From: an uncultured Candidatus Saccharibacteria bacterium
GTDB taxonomy: Bacteria > Patescibacteriota > Minisyncoccia > UBA6257
Assembly: GCA_964618625.1 (NCBI GenBank)
Contig: CAZUBI010000001.1
Coordinates: 65,940-129,939, forward strand
Direction: 5' to 3'
Length of the DNA stretch: 64,000 bases
Below are positions 41,387 through 50,966 of the stretch, one piece after another. The first letter of the stretch is position 1, and each line of letters begins with the position of its first letter. The notes below the pieces were generated by a model. The model was not told the DNA's origin. It did no database searches and saw only the letters and a program-made list of their open reading frames with translations. Both the position numbers and the translations under genes were made by a program.

Positions 41387-41947
41387 ATGATATCTACTTC
41401 AGATTTTGAAAAAGGAATGGTAATTAAAGTTAATGGCGAAGCTTGGCAAATCGTCAATTTTGAATTTTATAAACCTGGAAAAGGAGGAGCTGTAATGAGA
41501 ACTGAATTAAAGAATTTTCAAACAGGAAAAGTTTTACAAAAAACATTTCGCTCTGGAGACAAATTTGAAGAAATAGAAACAGAATATCAATCCGCTTTTT
41601 ATTTGTACAGCGATAGAAAATCAGCTTTTTTCCAATTGAAAGATAGTAATGAAAGAATTAATTTTCCTCTGGAAAAAGTAGAAAATTTGATTCAATTTTT
41701 AAAAGAAAAAAGTGAAGTTTCAATTATTTTTCTTGATGAAAAACCAGTTAATATTAATATTCCAATAAAAGTAGAGCTATTAGTTGTGGAAGCCCCAGCA
41801 GCAATTAAAGGAAATACTGTTTCGGGAGGTATAAAAACTGTCGTTTTAGAAACAGGATTAAAAATTAATACACCTCTCTTTATAAAAGAAGGTGATATAT
41901 TAATTATTAATACTGAAACAGCAAGCTATGTAGCAAGAGCAAAATAA
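41387..41947 (+). CDS. efp: elongation factor P
   Basis: KPGKGGA, LETG, PLFI..GD. Confidence 0.95.
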   Translation: MISTSDFEKGMVIKVNGEAWQIVNFEFYKPGKGGAVMRTELKNFQTGKVLQKTFRSGDKFEEIETEYQSAFYLYSDRKSAFFQLKDSNERINFPLEKVENLIQFLKEKSEVSIIFLDEKPVNINIPIKVELLVVEAPAAIKGNTVSGGIKTVVLETGLKINTPLFIKEGDILIINTETASYVARAK

Positions 41948-41948
41948 A

Positions 41949-43721
41949 TTATTTAACTGTAACGCTTTTTGCTAAATTACGAGGTTTATCTGGATCTATC
42001 CCCTTTTCTAAAGCAATATAATAACTTAAAAGAAAAATCGGAATAATATTTACTAAAAGAGAAAAAATCTCTTCAACTTCTGGGACTTCAACAAAAAAAT
42101 CAAAATCTTTTTTCTTCTCAGGACCTATTCCAATAATGTAAGCGCCCCTGCTTTGTAATTCCATTGCATTTATTAAAGTATTGTCTTCTTCTTCGCCTTT
42201 TGATAAATGAATTATACAAGGAGTTCCTTTTTCTATTAAAGCAATCACTCCGTGTTTTAATTCTCCTCCTGCAAAAGCTTCAGTATGGATATAACAACCT
42301 TCTTTAATTTTTAATGCAGTTTCTAAAGTAGTTGGATAATTATAACTTCTCCCGATTACATAGATATGTTTTGTTGAAGATAATTTTCTGGCTAATTTCT
42401 TTATCTTTGTAATAAATAATTTATTCTTTAATAACTGGTTTATTTGCCAGCTTATTTTTTTTAATTCTTTTTCTCCTTTTTTATGCTGACCAAAAATAGA
42501 ATAGAAAAGCAAAATTATTAAACTTAATTGTGATAAATAACTTTTTGTCGCTAAGACACATTTTTCCGGACCAGCATTAATCATCAATACATAATCACTT
42601 ATTCTTGTTAAACTAGAGCCCATTACATTCACCAAAGACACTATTTTTATTCCTTTCTCTTTGGCTTTTTTTACAGCTTCTATTGTATCAATGGTCTCTC
42701 CACTTTGCGAAACAGCAATTAACAAAGTTTTTTTATCTAAAGTAGGAAGAAAATTTTTAAATTCACTAGCAGGACTAAAATTAGTTTGTTTCCCTACAGA
42801 TGAAAATAAATATTGGCCAGCTAAACAAGAATGCCCAGCAGTTCCGCAAGCTACAAAAAATAAACTAGAGCTTTTCTTAATCAAATCTGCTATTAATTTC
42901 AATTTCTTACTATCCTGCCAAACAGCTTTTTTTATGGCTTCTGGTATTTCTGTTATTTCTTTTATCATAAAGTGTGGATATTTTCCTTTTTCTGCTTCTT
43001 CTTGAGTCCACTTAATCGTATCTATTTTCTTTTTCAATATTTTTTTTGAAAATAAATTCTTAATATTGTATGTTTCATTATCAATAATATGCACCATATC
43101 CCCGTCATCTAAAAATATAACCTTGTTTGTTTTATTTAAAAAAGCTGGTACATCTGAAGCCAAAAAAAGTCCTTTATCACCTATTCCCATTACTAAAGGA
43201 GATCCTTTTCTAGTACCAATAATTTCTCCTGTTTTTTTATCTAATACCACAACAGCAAATAGACCTTTCAATCGGCGAAAAGTTTTTTCACAAGAAATAA
43301 CAAAACTATTATTCTTTCTATATTCTTCAATTAAATGAGGAATAACTTCTGTATCAGTTTGAGAAACAAAATGATGACCTTTTTTAATTAATTCTTCTTT
43401 CAGAATTTCATAATTTTCAACAATTCCATTGTGAACAACAAAAATATTTTTATCGCAGGAAAAATGAGGATGAGCATTTACTACTAAAACCTTGCCGTGT
43501 GTTGCCCAGCGACTATGGCCAATTGCAACAGAAGAATTTAAAAGTTTATTTTCCTCCTTAAACTCACCAATTTTTCCAACTTTTTTTAATAAATGAGCCT
43601 TTTGATTATTCAAATAAACAATCCCCCAAGAATCATATCCCCTGTATTCCAGATATTTTAAACCATTTATAACAATTGAAGTAGCGTTTTCTTTTCCTTT
43701 ATAAGCAATAATTCCACACAT
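41949..43721 (-). CDS. glmS: glutamine--fructose-6-phosphate aminotransferase
   Basis: MCGI, GHSRWATHG, SQSGET, PRNLAKSVTV. Confidence 0.97.
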   Translation of the reverse strand: MCGIIAYKGKENATSIVINGLKYLEYRGYDSWGIVYLNNQKAHLLKKVGKIGEFKEENKLLNSSVAIGHSRWATHGKVLVVNAHPHFSCDKNIFVVHNGIVENYEILKEELIKKGHHFVSQTDTEVIPHLIEEYRKNNSFVISCEKTFRRLKGLFAVVVLDKKTGEIIGTRKGSPLVMGIGDKGLFLASDVPAFLNKTNKVIFLDDGDMVHIIDNETYNIKNLFSKKILKKKIDTIKWTQEEAEKGKYPHFMIKEITEIPEAIKKAVWQDSKKLKLIADLIKKSSSLFFVACGTAGHSCLAGQYLFSSVGKQTNFSPASEFKNFLPTLDKKTLLIAVSQSGETIDTIEAVKKAKEKGIKIVSLVNVMGSSLTRISDYVLMINAGPEKCVLATKSYLSQLSLIILLFYSIFGQHKKGEKELKKISWQINQLLKNKLFITKIKKLARKLSSTKHIYVIGRSYNYPTTLETALKIKEGCYIHTEAFAGGELKHGVIALIEKGTPCIIHLSKGEEEDNTLINAMELQSRGAYIIGIGPEKKKDFDFFVEVPEVEEIFSLLVNIIPIFLLSYYIALEKGIDPDKPRNLAKSVTVK

Positions 43722-43774
43722 ACATTTAATAATTCTTCATTTAAAATTTATAATTTTTAATCAATTCTCTAATT

Positions 43775-44596
43775 TTAAATTACCTTTAATATATCTTTGA
43801 TATTTTCACTCACATAACCCTGGAATAAAACCCTCACTGCCTCTTTTTCATAAGATGAAGTATTAGAATTAGCAACCAAAAAAATATTACAACCGAGTAT
43901 AGCCGGCAAAGCTAGATCCAGTTCAAAAATATCGCCTATTACTAAAGTTTGTCCCGATTTTACAGAAGTTGCTTTCCAAATTTGATTTAAGACGTCAAAA
44001 TATTCTTTTCTTCTTAAATAAATGACTCTATTCAAGCCATTTATTGTCAAAGTTTCAGGAACAGCATCAAGACTAGAATCAATAGAATATTTTTGCGCGT
44101 CGCCAAAAAGTGTAATTTTTTCTTTGCCTTGAGGATCTAATTTTTCTATTTTATTAGTAACAGCGCCTGAATTGGAATTAGTCACGATAAAAACGGGCAT
44201 TCTTTTAATCAATTCTTCTAAAACTTCTTTTGCCTGTTTTTTAAAAACAATGCCACTTTTTGTATAATTGCGCTGAAAAATCTGCTGAAGAATATCGTCT
44301 CTTTCATTTTTATCCATTAAAACTCCTGCTTTATCCAAAAGAGATTTGGCTATAACTGTTGCTAATACATAATTATCTACATTTGGAGGGGCAACAATCT
44401 TTCCTTTATATTTCCAACCATATCCATTAGGATTTTGTAAAATTTCTCTTTCTGTCTTTCTCCATTCTTCATCTATATCTTTCTTGTCTAATAGATTAGC
44501 AATATCCTTTTTAAAATTAATTAAAAATGGTTTTGCTTCTTCATTAGCCAAAGTTAAAGTGCCATCAAAATCCAAAATTACAATTTTACTCTTCAT
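43775..44596 (-). CDS. HAD-superfamily hydrolase
   Basis: LDFDGTL, VTNS, IGDIFELD. Confidence 0.85.
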   Translation of the reverse strand: MKSKIVILDFDGTLTLANEEAKPFLINFKKDIANLLDKKDIDEEWRKTEREILQNPNGYGWKYKGKIVAPPNVDNYVLATVIAKSLLDKAGVLMDKNERDDILQQIFQRNYTKSGIVFKKQAKEVLEELIKRMPVFIVTNSNSGAVTNKIEKLDPQGKEKITLFGDAQKYSIDSSLDAVPETLTINGLNRVIYLRRKEYFDVLNQIWKATSVKSGQTLVIGDIFELDLALPAILGCNIFLVANSNTSSYEKEAVRVLFQGYVSENIKDILKVI

Positions 44597-44639
44597 TTAA
44601 TAACAATTTTAATGCTTTGATTTTTAAACTGGAGTCATA

Positions 44640-44708
44640 AAAGGTTCGGAATGTTGTTGAGAGAACTATAGCGTTTAGCGTGTTTATGAAACAATATTCC
44701 GAACCTTT
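44640..44708 (+). repeat. family A element, copy 7
   Basis: AAAGGTTCGGAATGTTGTT/AACAATATTCCGAACCTTT arms around core. Confidence 0.92.
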
Positions 44709-44716
44709 GTCAAAAA

Positions 44717-45076
44717 TTACCTTGGGTCTATTTTAAGCCCATCATTAAAACGACGAGGAATAATATGAATATGAGGACGATGAGCAACAACTGATTGAGC
44801 TGCTTCACCTTGATTAGTCAAAAAATTATACCCATCAGCTTTTATTTCCTTTATATGTTTTTCTGCTAAATTACGACCTAAAACACAAATTTTCTGCCAT
44901 TCTTGTTCAGGCATTTCTTCAGTATTAGAATAATGATTTTTAGAAAATACAACAATATGCCCTTCACTAATAGGGCTTATATCAAAAATAGCTAAAAAGT
45001 TATCATCTTCATAGTATTTTTTTGATGGAATTTCTCCTTTGACAATTTTACAAAAAAGGCAGTCTTCTTTTAACAT
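44717..45076 (-). CDS. HIT family protein
   Basis: DCLFCKI, H..HIHIIPR. Confidence 0.92.
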   Translation of the reverse strand: MLKEDCLFCKIVKGEIPSKKYYEDDNFLAIFDISPISEGHIVVFSKNHYSNTEEMPEQEWQKICVLGRNLAEKHIKEIKADGYNFLTNQGEAAQSVVAHRPHIHIIPRRFNDGLKIDPR

Positions 45077-45097
45077 AATTTTAATATTTAAATTATT

Positions 45098-45165
45098 AAG
45101 GTTCGGGGATATTGTTGAGAAAACCGTAGCGATTAGCGTGTTTTCGAAACAATATTCTGAACCTT
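45098..45165 (+). repeat. family A element, copy 8
   Basis: AAGGTTCGGGGATATTGTT/AACAATATTCTGAACCTT arms around core. Confidence 0.92.
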
Positions 45166-45177
45166 TATTAAAAATTA

Positions 45178-46188
45178 CTAAACTAAATTTCTTGCCTCTC
45201 CTTTTAAATAACCCTCAATATTCTCCATTGTAGTAATAACAATATTCTGAAGCGCTTCTTTTGTATTAAAAGCGTTATGCGGAGAAATAATCACATTATC
45301 CAAATCAATGAAAATATGATTGGCTAAAAGTGTTTTTAATTTCTCAGGAGGGATATTTTCTTTTTCTAAAAGCATTCTTTGTTCTTCAATTAAATCGCCT
45401 TCTTCTTCTAAAACATCCAATGCCGCGCCTCCTATTTGACCTTTCTTTAATGCCTGATAAAGCGCTTGCGTTTCTATTACTCCTCCTCTGGCAGTATTAA
45501 TAATATAAACTCCTTTTTTTGTTTTTGATAAATTCTCTTTGTTCAATAAATGATGTGTCTCTTTATTATAAGGAACGTGCAAAGTAATTATATCTGATTG
45601 GGACAATAAATCTTCGAAAGAAACATATTTAAAACCTAATTGCTCAGTTAATTCTTCTCTTGGGTATTTATCATAAGCAATCACTTCCATTGAAAATCCT
45701 TTAGCTATTTTTATAACCTCGGTTCCAATTTGTCCTGTTCCTATTATTCCTATGGTTTTTTCAAATAATTCTTCACCTCGCAACCCTTCTAAAGAAAAAC
45801 TTCCCGTTTCTCTAACACGATGATAAGAATTATAGACTTTTCTTATCAAGCATAAAAGTAAAGCAAAAGTATATTCAGCCACAGTATGGCTCCCATAAGC
45901 AGGAACATTAGATATCAAAATCTCTTTTTTCTTACAATAATCCAAATCAATATGATCAAAACCAGTAGAGCGCGTTGCAATAAATTTTAGATTTTCCAGT
46001 TGCCCTAATACCTCTGCTGATATTTGAGAACCAATAAAAGTAGAAATAATTTCATAATCCTTAAATTCTTTGGCATTTTCCAAAGTAAGCTTTTCTGAAA
46101 AAAAATCCACTTTCCCCAAAAAATCAGGATATTTTTGGAAAATTCCTTTTTCCCAATCAGCTGCTTCTAAAAAGATTATCTTCTTCAT
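45178..46188 (-). CDS. D-2-hydroxyacid dehydrogenase (D-lactate dehydrogenase-like)
   Basis: TRSTGFDHID, GIIGTGQIG, INTARG, SPHNAF. Confidence 0.92.
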   Translation of the reverse strand: MKKIIFLEAADWEKGIFQKYPDFLGKVDFFSEKLTLENAKEFKDYEIISTFIGSQISAEVLGQLENLKFIATRSTGFDHIDLDYCKKKEILISNVPAYGSHTVAEYTFALLLCLIRKVYNSYHRVRETGSFSLEGLRGEELFEKTIGIIGTGQIGTEVIKIAKGFSMEVIAYDKYPREELTEQLGFKYVSFEDLLSQSDIITLHVPYNKETHHLLNKENLSKTKKGVYIINTARGGVIETQALYQALKKGQIGGAALDVLEEEGDLIEEQRMLLEKENIPPEKLKTLLANHIFIDLDNVIISPHNAFNTKEALQNIVITTMENIEGYLKGEARNLV

Positions 46189-47374
46189 AAATTTTAATTA
46201 ATCTATTGTATTTTACCATCCTTTCTTCTTGATTGGGAGCCCCGGCCTTTAATGCCCATGCTCCGCTTGCCCAAGCCAAATCCGCAATAAAATGATCATC
46301 AGTTTCTGCGCTTCTATGGCTTATAATAATTTTTAAATTATGTTCATTTGCCAAATCAATTGTTGATAAAGTTTCAGAGATTGTTCCAATTTGGGTAGGT
46401 TTTATAATTACTCCGGTAATCGCTTTTATATCTATAGCTTTTTTAACCAACCCTGAATTAGTTACTGTTAAGTCATCTCCAATTATTACAATTTTATCCC
46501 CTATTCCATAGACTAATTTTTGAAAATTTTCCCAATCTTTTTCTTCAAAAGGATCTTCTATAGAGAGAATGCCATATTCAGAAATAAGTTTTTTATATAT
46601 TTCGCCTAATTCTTCTTTTGAAAAACTTTTATCTTTTTCTAATAAATATATTCCCTCTTCTTTATCATAAAAAGAAGACGCCGCAACATCCAATGAAAAC
46701 TTTATTTTATCTTCTAAGTTTAATTCCTCTTTGATCTGATTAAGAATTTTTAGAGGTTTTTCATAATCATCTTCAGGAATCAATAATCCACCTTCATCGC
46801 CAAATTTATTTTCTCTATATTCTTTTTTAAAATATTCCTTTAAACCAGCAAAAAATATCTGGGCAACTTCTAAAGAAACCTTTGGATTATCAACTTGAGG
46901 CACAATCATATATTCTTGAATTTTCGGTCCATATACAGCATGTTTACCTCCGTTAATTAAATTAAATAAAAAAAACGGAACCTTCTTTTCAATAGAAACA
47001 GATAATTGTGTTTCTAAATATTGCCAAAGTTCCAAATTCTCTAATTTTGCAGCTAATCGGCAAAATGTTTGAGATAAAACCAAAATTAAATTTCCGCCAA
47101 GATTGCTTTTATTTTCCGTCCCATCTAATCTTAATAAATAATTATCAAAATCCTTTAAATTGGAAAACTCAACATCTATAATTTTATCCTTAATCATTTT
47201 AAATCTTCTAATTGCTGAATGCGGTTCTAAAATATAAGCCTCTTTTTCTCCCTTGCTTTTTCCTTGTGGAATACTAGAATTAACTTCAATATTACCACTC
47301 TTCATCGTGGCCTTTAAAGTCTCGTGCCCCCGTGAATCAAGAATTATTTTAAGAAAAATATCATCAATTTTCAT
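46157..47374 (-). CDS. eno: enolase
   Basis: DSRG, GDEGG, IEDPF, IGDDL, SHRS.ET. Confidence 0.93.
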   Translation of the reverse strand: MKIDDIFLKIILDSRGHETLKATMKSGNIEVNSSIPQGKSKGEKEAYILEPHSAIRRFKMIKDKIIDVEFSNLKDFDNYLLRLDGTENKSNLGGNLILVLSQTFCRLAAKLENLELWQYLETQLSVSIEKKVPFFLFNLINGGKHAVYGPKIQEYMIVPQVDNPKVSLEVAQIFFAGLKEYFKKEYRENKFGDEGGLLIPEDDYEKPLKILNQIKEELNLEDKIKFSLDVAASSFYDKEEGIYLLEKDKSFSKEELGEIYKKLISEYGILSIEDPFEEKDWENFQKLVYGIGDKIVIIGDDLTVTNSGLVKKAIDIKAITGVIIKPTQIGTISETLSTIDLANEHNLKIIISHRSAETDDHFIADLAWASGAWALKAGAPNQEERMVKYNRLIKIYEEDNLFRSS

Positions 47375-49760
47375 TTTTGCTAATATCTAAAATTGTCTTT
47401 ATTACTGTATCTGGATTTAGAGACATGCTTTCTATCCCCTGTTTTGCCAAAAATTGTGCGAATTCTGGAAAATCCGATGGAGCTTGACCACAGATTCCCA
47501 CATATTTTTTCCTCTTCTTACAAACTTTGATTACTTCTGCAATCATTTTTTTAACAGCTTCATTTCTTTCATCTCCTATTTTTTGTATAACAGCATTATC
47601 TCTGTCTATTCCTAATGTTAATTGAGTTAAATCATTGCTTCCTATACTCATCCCATCAAAAATATCTAAAAATTCATTTATTAATACTACATTTGATGGA
47701 ATTTCACACATTACATATAGCTTTGTTGATTTTCCTCCATCTAGTAAGCCTGATTTTTGAATCAATGCTTTTACTTCCTTCGCTTCTTTTATAGTACGAC
47801 AAAAAGGAACCATTATTGTAATATTTTTTAATCCAAAAACTTGCTTTGCTCTTTTTATTGCCTCACATTCCATTAAAAAAGCCGGCTTAAATTGTGGGTC
47901 AATATAACGGCATGCGCCTCTAAATCCAAGCATTGGATTGGCTTCATCTTCTTGTTCAAAAAGCTCTCCTCCAATCAGATTGCGATATTCATTAGTCTTA
48001 AAATCAGAAAATCTTACTATTACTTCTTTCGGATAAAAAGCAGCAGCTATCTGGGCAATCCCCTCTGCTAACTCTTTTATAAAATATTCTTTCTTATCCT
48101 TATGCTCCACAGTCATTTCGTCAATTTTTCTAACAAGCTCTTTTGACTTAAGTTTCTTGTAATGATAAAGAGCTAAAGGATGAATTCTAATCTTCTCTGC
48201 AATAATAAATTCTTCTCTGGCTAATCCTACTCCATTATTGGGAAGAAATGATGTTGAAAAAGCAATTTCAGGAGCGCCAATATTAATCATGATCTTGGTT
48301 TTAATCTTGGGAAATTTTTTAAAATTATATTCTTTAATTTTAAAAGGAACTTTTCCATCAAAAATCTTCCCATCAAGACCTTGAGTGCAATCTACAGTTA
48401 CATCTTGTCCGTTTTTAAGAATTTTCGTAGCATTTATTGTCCCTACAATACACGGCACGCCTAATTCTCTGGAAATAATTGCGGCGTGACATGTTTTACT
48501 TCCTTCATTAGTAATAATAGCTGAAGCCATTGGAAAAACTGAAGTCCAATCAGGATCAGTCATTTTAGTAACTAAAACCTCTCCTTTTTTAAATTCAGAA
48601 AGTTTTGAAGCATTTTTTATAATATGCACTTTTCCTATACCAATTTTATTGCCAATAGCTATGCCATTTAAAATGGGCTTTTTTGTGGTTTTTATTTTAT
48701 ATTTCTGATAAATATTTGCTTTGATTGAATGGACAGTTTCTGGTCTTGATTGGACAATAAATAATTCGCCTGTTTTTCCATCCTTTGCCCATTCTATGTC
48801 CTGAGGCATCCATTTTTTTTGAATCTTTGAATAGTGTTCTTCAATAATAATCCCCCATTTTGCCAAAGTAAGAATTTCGTCATCAGAAAGAGAAAATTTT
48901 AATTGGTCTTTTTCAGAAACCGCAATTTCCTTAAGCCCGGTCTTTTTGTTGTAAATATATTTTTTTGTCTTTCTTCCTAAATCTTTTCTAATAATTGGCC
49001 TATATAGCCTGCCCTGAGTTTGTCGAAGGGTAGGTTTAAAAACATAAAATTCGTCAGGAGTAATCAACCCTTTTACTATCATCTCCCCTATTCCAAAAAT
49101 GGAATTAATCAAAACCACATTGGAAAATCCCGTCTCTGTATCTAAGGTAAACATAACTCCAGAAGACGCTAAATCAGAACGCACCATTTTTTGAACTCCA
49201 GTGGAAAGCCCAATATCCATATGCTTAAATCCTTTTTCTTCCCGGTACATTATTGCCCTATCAGTAAACAAAGATGCGTAACTATTTTTAACCGCTTTTA
49301 GTAATTCTTCTTCTCCCCTTACATTCAAATAAGTTTCATGTTGACCTGCAAAACTAGCTGAAGGAAGATCCTCGGCTGTGGCAGAAGAACGAACTGCCAC
49401 ATCTAAATCATTTTGTTTATATATCCTGCAAAGCTTTTGATAATTCTTAATAATGTCTTTCTCCAAATCTTTAGGTAAAGGCGTCCCTAAAATTAATTTT
49501 CTTATTTTCTTTCCTGTTTTTTGAAGGTTTTTAATGCTCTTCGGATTAAACTCAGATAAAATTCCTTGAATAGTTTTTTTAATTTTGCCTTTTTCTAAAA
49601 AATAAAAATATGCTTGAGCAGAAATAGCAAAACCATTTGGGATATTTATTCCTTTTTTTGATAAATTCCTATACATCTCCCCCAAAGAGGCATTCTTTCC
49701 CCCTACAATAGGAACATCTTTGATATTTATTTCCTTAAACCACAAAACATATCTCTTCAT
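47364..49760 (-). CDS. ppsA: phosphoenolpyruvate synthase
   Basis: VGGKNASLGEM, AVRSSATAEDL, TCHAAI, SIGSNDLTQL, ICGQAPSD. Confidence 0.97.
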   Translation of the reverse strand: MKRYVLWFKEINIKDVPIVGGKNASLGEMYRNLSKKGINIPNGFAISAQAYFYFLEKGKIKKTIQGILSEFNPKSIKNLQKTGKKIRKLILGTPLPKDLEKDIIKNYQKLCRIYKQNDLDVAVRSSATAEDLPSASFAGQHETYLNVRGEEELLKAVKNSYASLFTDRAIMYREEKGFKHMDIGLSTGVQKMVRSDLASSGVMFTLDTETGFSNVVLINSIFGIGEMIVKGLITPDEFYVFKPTLRQTQGRLYRPIIRKDLGRKTKKYIYNKKTGLKEIAVSEKDQLKFSLSDDEILTLAKWGIIIEEHYSKIQKKWMPQDIEWAKDGKTGELFIVQSRPETVHSIKANIYQKYKIKTTKKPILNGIAIGNKIGIGKVHIIKNASKLSEFKKGEVLVTKMTDPDWTSVFPMASAIITNEGSKTCHAAIISRELGVPCIVGTINATKILKNGQDVTVDCTQGLDGKIFDGKVPFKIKEYNFKKFPKIKTKIMINIGAPEIAFSTSFLPNNGVGLAREEFIIAEKIRIHPLALYHYKKLKSKELVRKIDEMTVEHKDKKEYFIKELAEGIAQIAAAFYPKEVIVRFSDFKTNEYRNLIGGELFEQEDEANPMLGFRGACRYIDPQFKPAFLMECEAIKRAKQVFGLKNITIMVPFCRTIKEAKEVKALIQKSGLLDGGKSTKLYVMCEIPSNVVLINEFLDIFDGMSIGSNDLTQLTLGIDRDNAVIQKIGDERNEAVKKMIAEVIKVCKKRKKYVGICGQAPSDFPEFAQFLAKQGIESMSLNPDTVIKTILDISKNEN
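49007..49030. repeat. REP-like GC-rich stretch inside ppsA
   Basis: GCCTGCCCTGAGTTTGTCGAAGGG, encoding (T)LRQTQGR. Confidence 0.5.
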
Positions 49761-49780
49761 ATTAATATAATTTCAGATTT

Positions 49781-49984
49781 TTAATTGTTATTTATTTTAT
49801 AATCTTCAATAAATTTCTTTATTGAACGATCATAGCTCTTTTCTGCTTCTTTAGAAAAACAACAAGCAGGCAATTCGTCATTTGCTAAATGATATTTTAT
49901 GCACTCACAACAAATCCCCTTTCTGGGACAACCTGGATAAGTACAAGAACATATTTTTAAATTTTTTTCTTTCTGACATTCCAT
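49781..49984 (-). CDS. small Cys-rich protein (DUF6485-like)
   Basis: C.CTY.GC.RKG.CCECI.YH....ELPAC.F...AE.SYDRS; start reset to MECQ. Confidence 0.75.
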   Translation of the reverse strand: MECQKEKNLKICSCTYPGCPRKGICCECIKYHLANDELPACCFSKEAEKSYDRSIKKFIEDYKINNN

Positions 49985-50000
49985 AATTGTTATAATAAAG

Positions 50001-50043
50001 TTATCCACATGGGGCTTGACAAGATTAAAATGTTTGCTATACT
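50001..50043 (+). promoter_or_regulatory. DnaA box plus sigma70 promoter of sRNA B1
   Basis: TTATCCACA (50001-50009); TTGACA-N16-TATACT with extended TG. Confidence 0.75.
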
Positions 50044-50046
50044 ACC

Positions 50047-50112
50047 AATGCTACTGTCTAGAGAGATTGAATAGCTTGCTATTTAGTTTCAAAGGGCAGT
50101 AGCATTCTTTTT
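50047..50112 (+). ncRNA. putative hairpin sRNA, family B copy 1
   Basis: Long stem with G(CUUG)C tetraloop, U-tract, own promoter; homologue at 54921-54983. Confidence 0.65.
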
Positions 50113-50113
50113 A

Positions 50114-50962
50114 CTACTCTTCCAATAATAATATCTCTGCCTCTCTTTTGATGGCAGAGATCTTTTTTTCGGGAATTCTTGTTTTTTTTGAAAATTTTAC
50201 TACATCTATCTTTAATAAATTCTGAACTAACATTAATTTTTGCTGATAAAATATTTCTAACAAATTATTGGTTAAAGATGGAAGAATAGTAATTGGATAA
50301 AATTTTTCTGATTCAATCACATACTCTAACCCTCTTAGCTCTGGATATTTCCATCCTAATAAATCTATGCCAGCACACTCAGCATATTTAATTATTTTGC
50401 TTGTAAATTTAGTATTAGTGACAATAATCGGTCGTATTTTTAGTTTTTCTGATTTAATTTTTGCAAAAAAATTACCTGATTTCAAATCTAAAAAGCGGGC
50501 ACAATGAATTAAACCAACTTTTAAATCCACCCTTCCCCCTGGCAAACTATGATATTTACATTCTCCAATTAAAAAATATCTTTCCTCTTTGGCTAAAAAA
50601 TCAATTTCGTGACGAACACATTGTCCTTTAACATATTGATTAAGTTCAATAGAAAAACCTAATTGTTTTAAAATCCCTCCAACATATTTTTCAAATGGAA
50701 AACCACTGGGACCTAAGCGTCTCATCGCTTCTTTTAACCTAAAACGAATTCTACCGCGAGGATACTCTTTTGATAAGATTTGTTCAACTCGTTGAAAAAT
50801 TTCTTTTGTGGTTATTCCAGGATATGCTTCCCTTTCAATAATAGTGGCAATTTCTTTTGCTAATGCCCTTGGAGCACCAACTCGTTCAGCGCCATTACAA
50901 ATCTTTTTCCATGAAAAAGTCTCCTTCCTGCCTAAACTGTTGATAACATATAATTTTTTCAT
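50114..50962 (-). CDS. ATP-cone plus Mrr-like restriction-endonuclease-fold protein
   Basis: N-terminal ATP cone; GPSGFPFEKYV, HEID, ECKYH, VTNTKFT. Confidence 0.85.
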   Translation of the reverse strand: MKKLYVINSLGRKETFSWKKICNGAERVGAPRALAKEIATIIEREAYPGITTKEIFQRVEQILSKEYPRGRIRFRLKEAMRRLGPSGFPFEKYVGGILKQLGFSIELNQYVKGQCVRHEIDFLAKEERYFLIGECKYHSLPGGRVDLKVGLIHCARFLDLKSGNFFAKIKSEKLKIRPIIVTNTKFTSKIIKYAECAGIDLLGWKYPELRGLEYVIESEKFYPITILPSLTNNLLEIFYQQKLMLVQNLLKIDVVKFSKKTRIPEKKISAIKREAEILLLEE

Positions 50963-50966
50963 ATTT

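Noticed and set aside
49990-50015. oriC at the DnaA box
   Set aside because: Single box with no cluster or dnaA gene; better explained as promoter-associated.
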